Source: Hyphochytrium catenoides
Taxonomy: Eukaryota; Protista; Hyphochytriomycota
Reading direction: 5' to 3'
DNA length: 55,393 bases
NCBI GenBank assembly: GCA_900088475.1
Contig: FLMG01003684.1
Coordinates: 1 to 55,393, forward strand
Positions 53,029 to 55,393 of this stretch are shown piece after piece. The first letter of the stretch is position 1. Each line of letters starts with the position of its first letter. Under the pieces are notes generated by a model. That model was not told the DNA's origin and did no database searches. It worked only from the letters and a program-made list of their open reading frames with translations. A program made the position numbers and the translations under genes.

Positions 53029-53764
53029 CGTTCCCATCGCGATAAAAAATCTTCCTTCTGCTCACCAGGATGAACGTAAGAGAGCATCAGATGAATGGTA
53101 AGCCTCTGGCTGGGGGAATCAAACTGGCGCTTGACATTACTAGCCTGGGAGCTCTCCTTGCCGCCCAGCTGGGTCAAGCGGAAGGAGGCTCTTGGCCCGT
53201 TAGTAATCGCCGACGTGTCCTAACTCTACGACTAAATCGCAAAGACTAAGCTAACTAACAAGATCTGGGTACTGCTTACCGCCACGACTGCATATTAATC
53301 ACGTACTCTCTCTTCTAACGTACGTGGGGCGCAGCGAGGAAAGGGCGGGGGGGCGTTGACTGTTCCTGCTGCGCCGAATAGGTGCAGTCAGCTGTGCCTC
53401 CCCTCTCCGTTGCCGCTGTGTCTAAGTCTGGGCAGGCGGCAGAGGCTGATGCTGACCGAGCAAATCTGAGACTGAGGCCCGAGGTCAGCCCCATCCTCTA
53501 ACCGCGCCAGGAAAACCTAATACCCCCCCCAGATATTCAACAACCTGGCGTGCAAAGAGTTCCTCAATTTTGAGTCCAGCAGCGAACTCTGCCTTGCAAG
53601 TAGTCGTCGCTCGAACTAATTCTGGAAAGTACTTAGCTATAGGATGCGATCGGACTGGAGAGTGCCCGATCCTGGTCTCCTAATAACCTTCTGTTTGTGT
53701 CCTCTCTTGTCTTAGGGACTAAAACAACCCTACCTCTCCCTTTCTTTCCGGCCAGGCTTTCTGC

Positions 53765-53797
53765 TTAGGGTTAGGGTTAACCCTAACCCTAACCCTA
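53765..53797. repeat. Head-to-head interstitial telomeric repeat
   Basis: TTAGGGTTAGGGTT|AACCCTAACCCTAACCCTA; 53765-53792 is a perfect 28-bp palindrome. Confidence 0.95.
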
Positions 53798-55173
53798 GAT
53801 AGAAGCAAAGAAAAAGAACTAAAGAACTATTTGTACAGAGTACAGAGGAGCAGGAGCTGGGACATAGGAGTGAGGCACAGAAAAATGGAGCCTTGGAGTA
53901 TGGTTGTTAAGCGTCTACGACAGGAGCAAATGAGTCAAACGGACGGAAAATAACCGAACGAGCATTTTAGAGGTTAGGAAACCGAGTCGGAGAGCAGATG
54001 CGAGCTATAGGAAAGAGAGATAAAGACGAGCATCAATGGACTAACCCTAACAAGAACATTAGAAAGAATGGCGCACAGGACGGATTTAGCGAGAACGAGC
54101 AGAGTGAAGCAGGCACCGGGAAGTGGGATGAACGACAAGAAGGTGAGATATCGGAGAAAGAGTGAAAGCCTCTATATATGAGCAAAAGAGTCATCCTGAC
54201 GGACGTTAAAGATTAAAAGGATTAAGAAAGGGAATGGGAAGTGCAGTTCCCTGTGGAAGAAAAAAGAGAAAAGGAAGAAAAGCAAGGGAGAGGGAGCATG
54301 TCAGAAAAGGGGTGGTACAAAGGACGAAATTGGTGAGAATAAGCAGAGCGAAGCAGGGGAAGGGAAGTAGCAATAACTGACAAGTGTAAAATGCTAGAGA
54401 AGGAGTGATAAGCATCTAGGCAGGAGCAAACGAGTCAAGCGGACGAGAACTTGTCCCGAAAGGGAGCATTTTAGACGGTTAGGCGGGGAAGTAGGAGTAA
54501 TCAACAAAGAGTAATATGTTAGAGAAGGAAAATAATGGAAATGCATTTGCTTACAGGGATAAAAGACGCTGATAAAGATTATTAGCGAACGAGACAAAAG
54601 AGCACCAAGAAGAATTGTACAGAGGACAGAGCTCGGGGGAAGGGATACAGAAGTGATGGAGAAGAGGGAGAGATATTCGAGTAGGGGTAGTAGGTATGCA
54701 GCGGCGAACTGAAGAGCATTCAAGGCTAGAAAAGAGAATGGGAGAGCAATGGCTAACGGGTGAGTAAGAAACAGGAAGAGCGCGGAGGAGCGAGCAGCAG
54801 CAAGAATTCATATAGGACACGCAGTTCGCGAGATTAAGCATACTGAAGCAAAGCGCCGAAGTAGGAACGAGCAGTCGAAAATTATGAGTACTGGAGTAGG
54901 AGTAAGAAGCATATAGAACAAGAGCAAATGAGTAAGTGACCAAGGGTATGATATAGAGGGCATTAGGGTTATGACAGGAGGTTATGGATGTTGGCCACGG
55001 GAGCGCTATGGCAGCGGGGATATGGGCGAAGGTTACAGCCGGGGGGGAGGGTTTGCTTATAGCCGTGGGCTTATAAAAGCGATGCCGGTTAGCGAAACGG
55101 CAACCGCTGTGGGATAGGAATACAGCTTAACGGTTGTAAGAAAGCAGCGATGAGATAAACGGCAGAAGGTTAC

Positions 55174-55393
55174 GGTTAGGGCAATGGGTTAGGGCATTGG
55201 GTTAAGGCATCGCGTTAGGGCAGCGGATTTGGACAGCAGGTTAGGGCAGCAGATTAGGGCAGCGGGTTAGAGCAGAGGGTAAGGGGAGCGGATGAGGGCA
55301 GCGGTGGCAGCAGGTTAGAGCAGCGGTTTAGGGCAGCGGGTAAGGGTAGCGGATGAGGGCAGTGATGGCAGCGGTTTAGGGCAGTGGGTTAGT
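55174..55393 (+). repeat. 13-bp telomere-like satellite (consensus ~GGGTTAGGGCAGC), probably subtelomeric
   Basis: Tandem degenerate units (ggttagggcaat, ggttagggcatt, cgttagggcagc, ggttagagcagc...) run to the window end, G-rich on the + strand. Confidence 0.88.

Noticed and set aside
53328-53797. Telomerase RNA gene
   Set aside because: The only template-like CCCTAA run is part of a palindromic multi-unit telomere tract, and no other supporting elements were identifiable.

Overview
Eukaryotic, intron-rich genomic window (GT-AG introns, CTRAY-like branch points close to the 3' AG, AG microsatellites) that appears to run into a chromosome end. Bases 1-44 kb hold a small acidic protein, an APE2-like AP endonuclease, a Cys-rich putatively GPI-anchored surface protein, an Hsp12/Hsp9-like protein, a PhoD alkaline phosphatase, an intronless orphan ORF, a short-form ABCC/MRP transporter, Beclin-1/Atg6, a PP2C phosphatase and a large ankyrin-WGR-PARP. 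Heavily decayed retroelement fragments lie between the genes. The last ~11 kb looks subtelomeric: two back-to-back decayed RLE-type (CRE-like) non-LTR retrotransposons, several satellites, a perfect head-to-head TTAGGG/CCCTAA palindrome and a 13-bp TTAGGG-containing satellite at the window end. The most striking observation is a dysferlin-type (DysF) domain spliced in frame into the N-terminal region of Beclin-1. All family assignments come from motif recognition by eye, no database was searched, and the organism cannot be named from this sequence.
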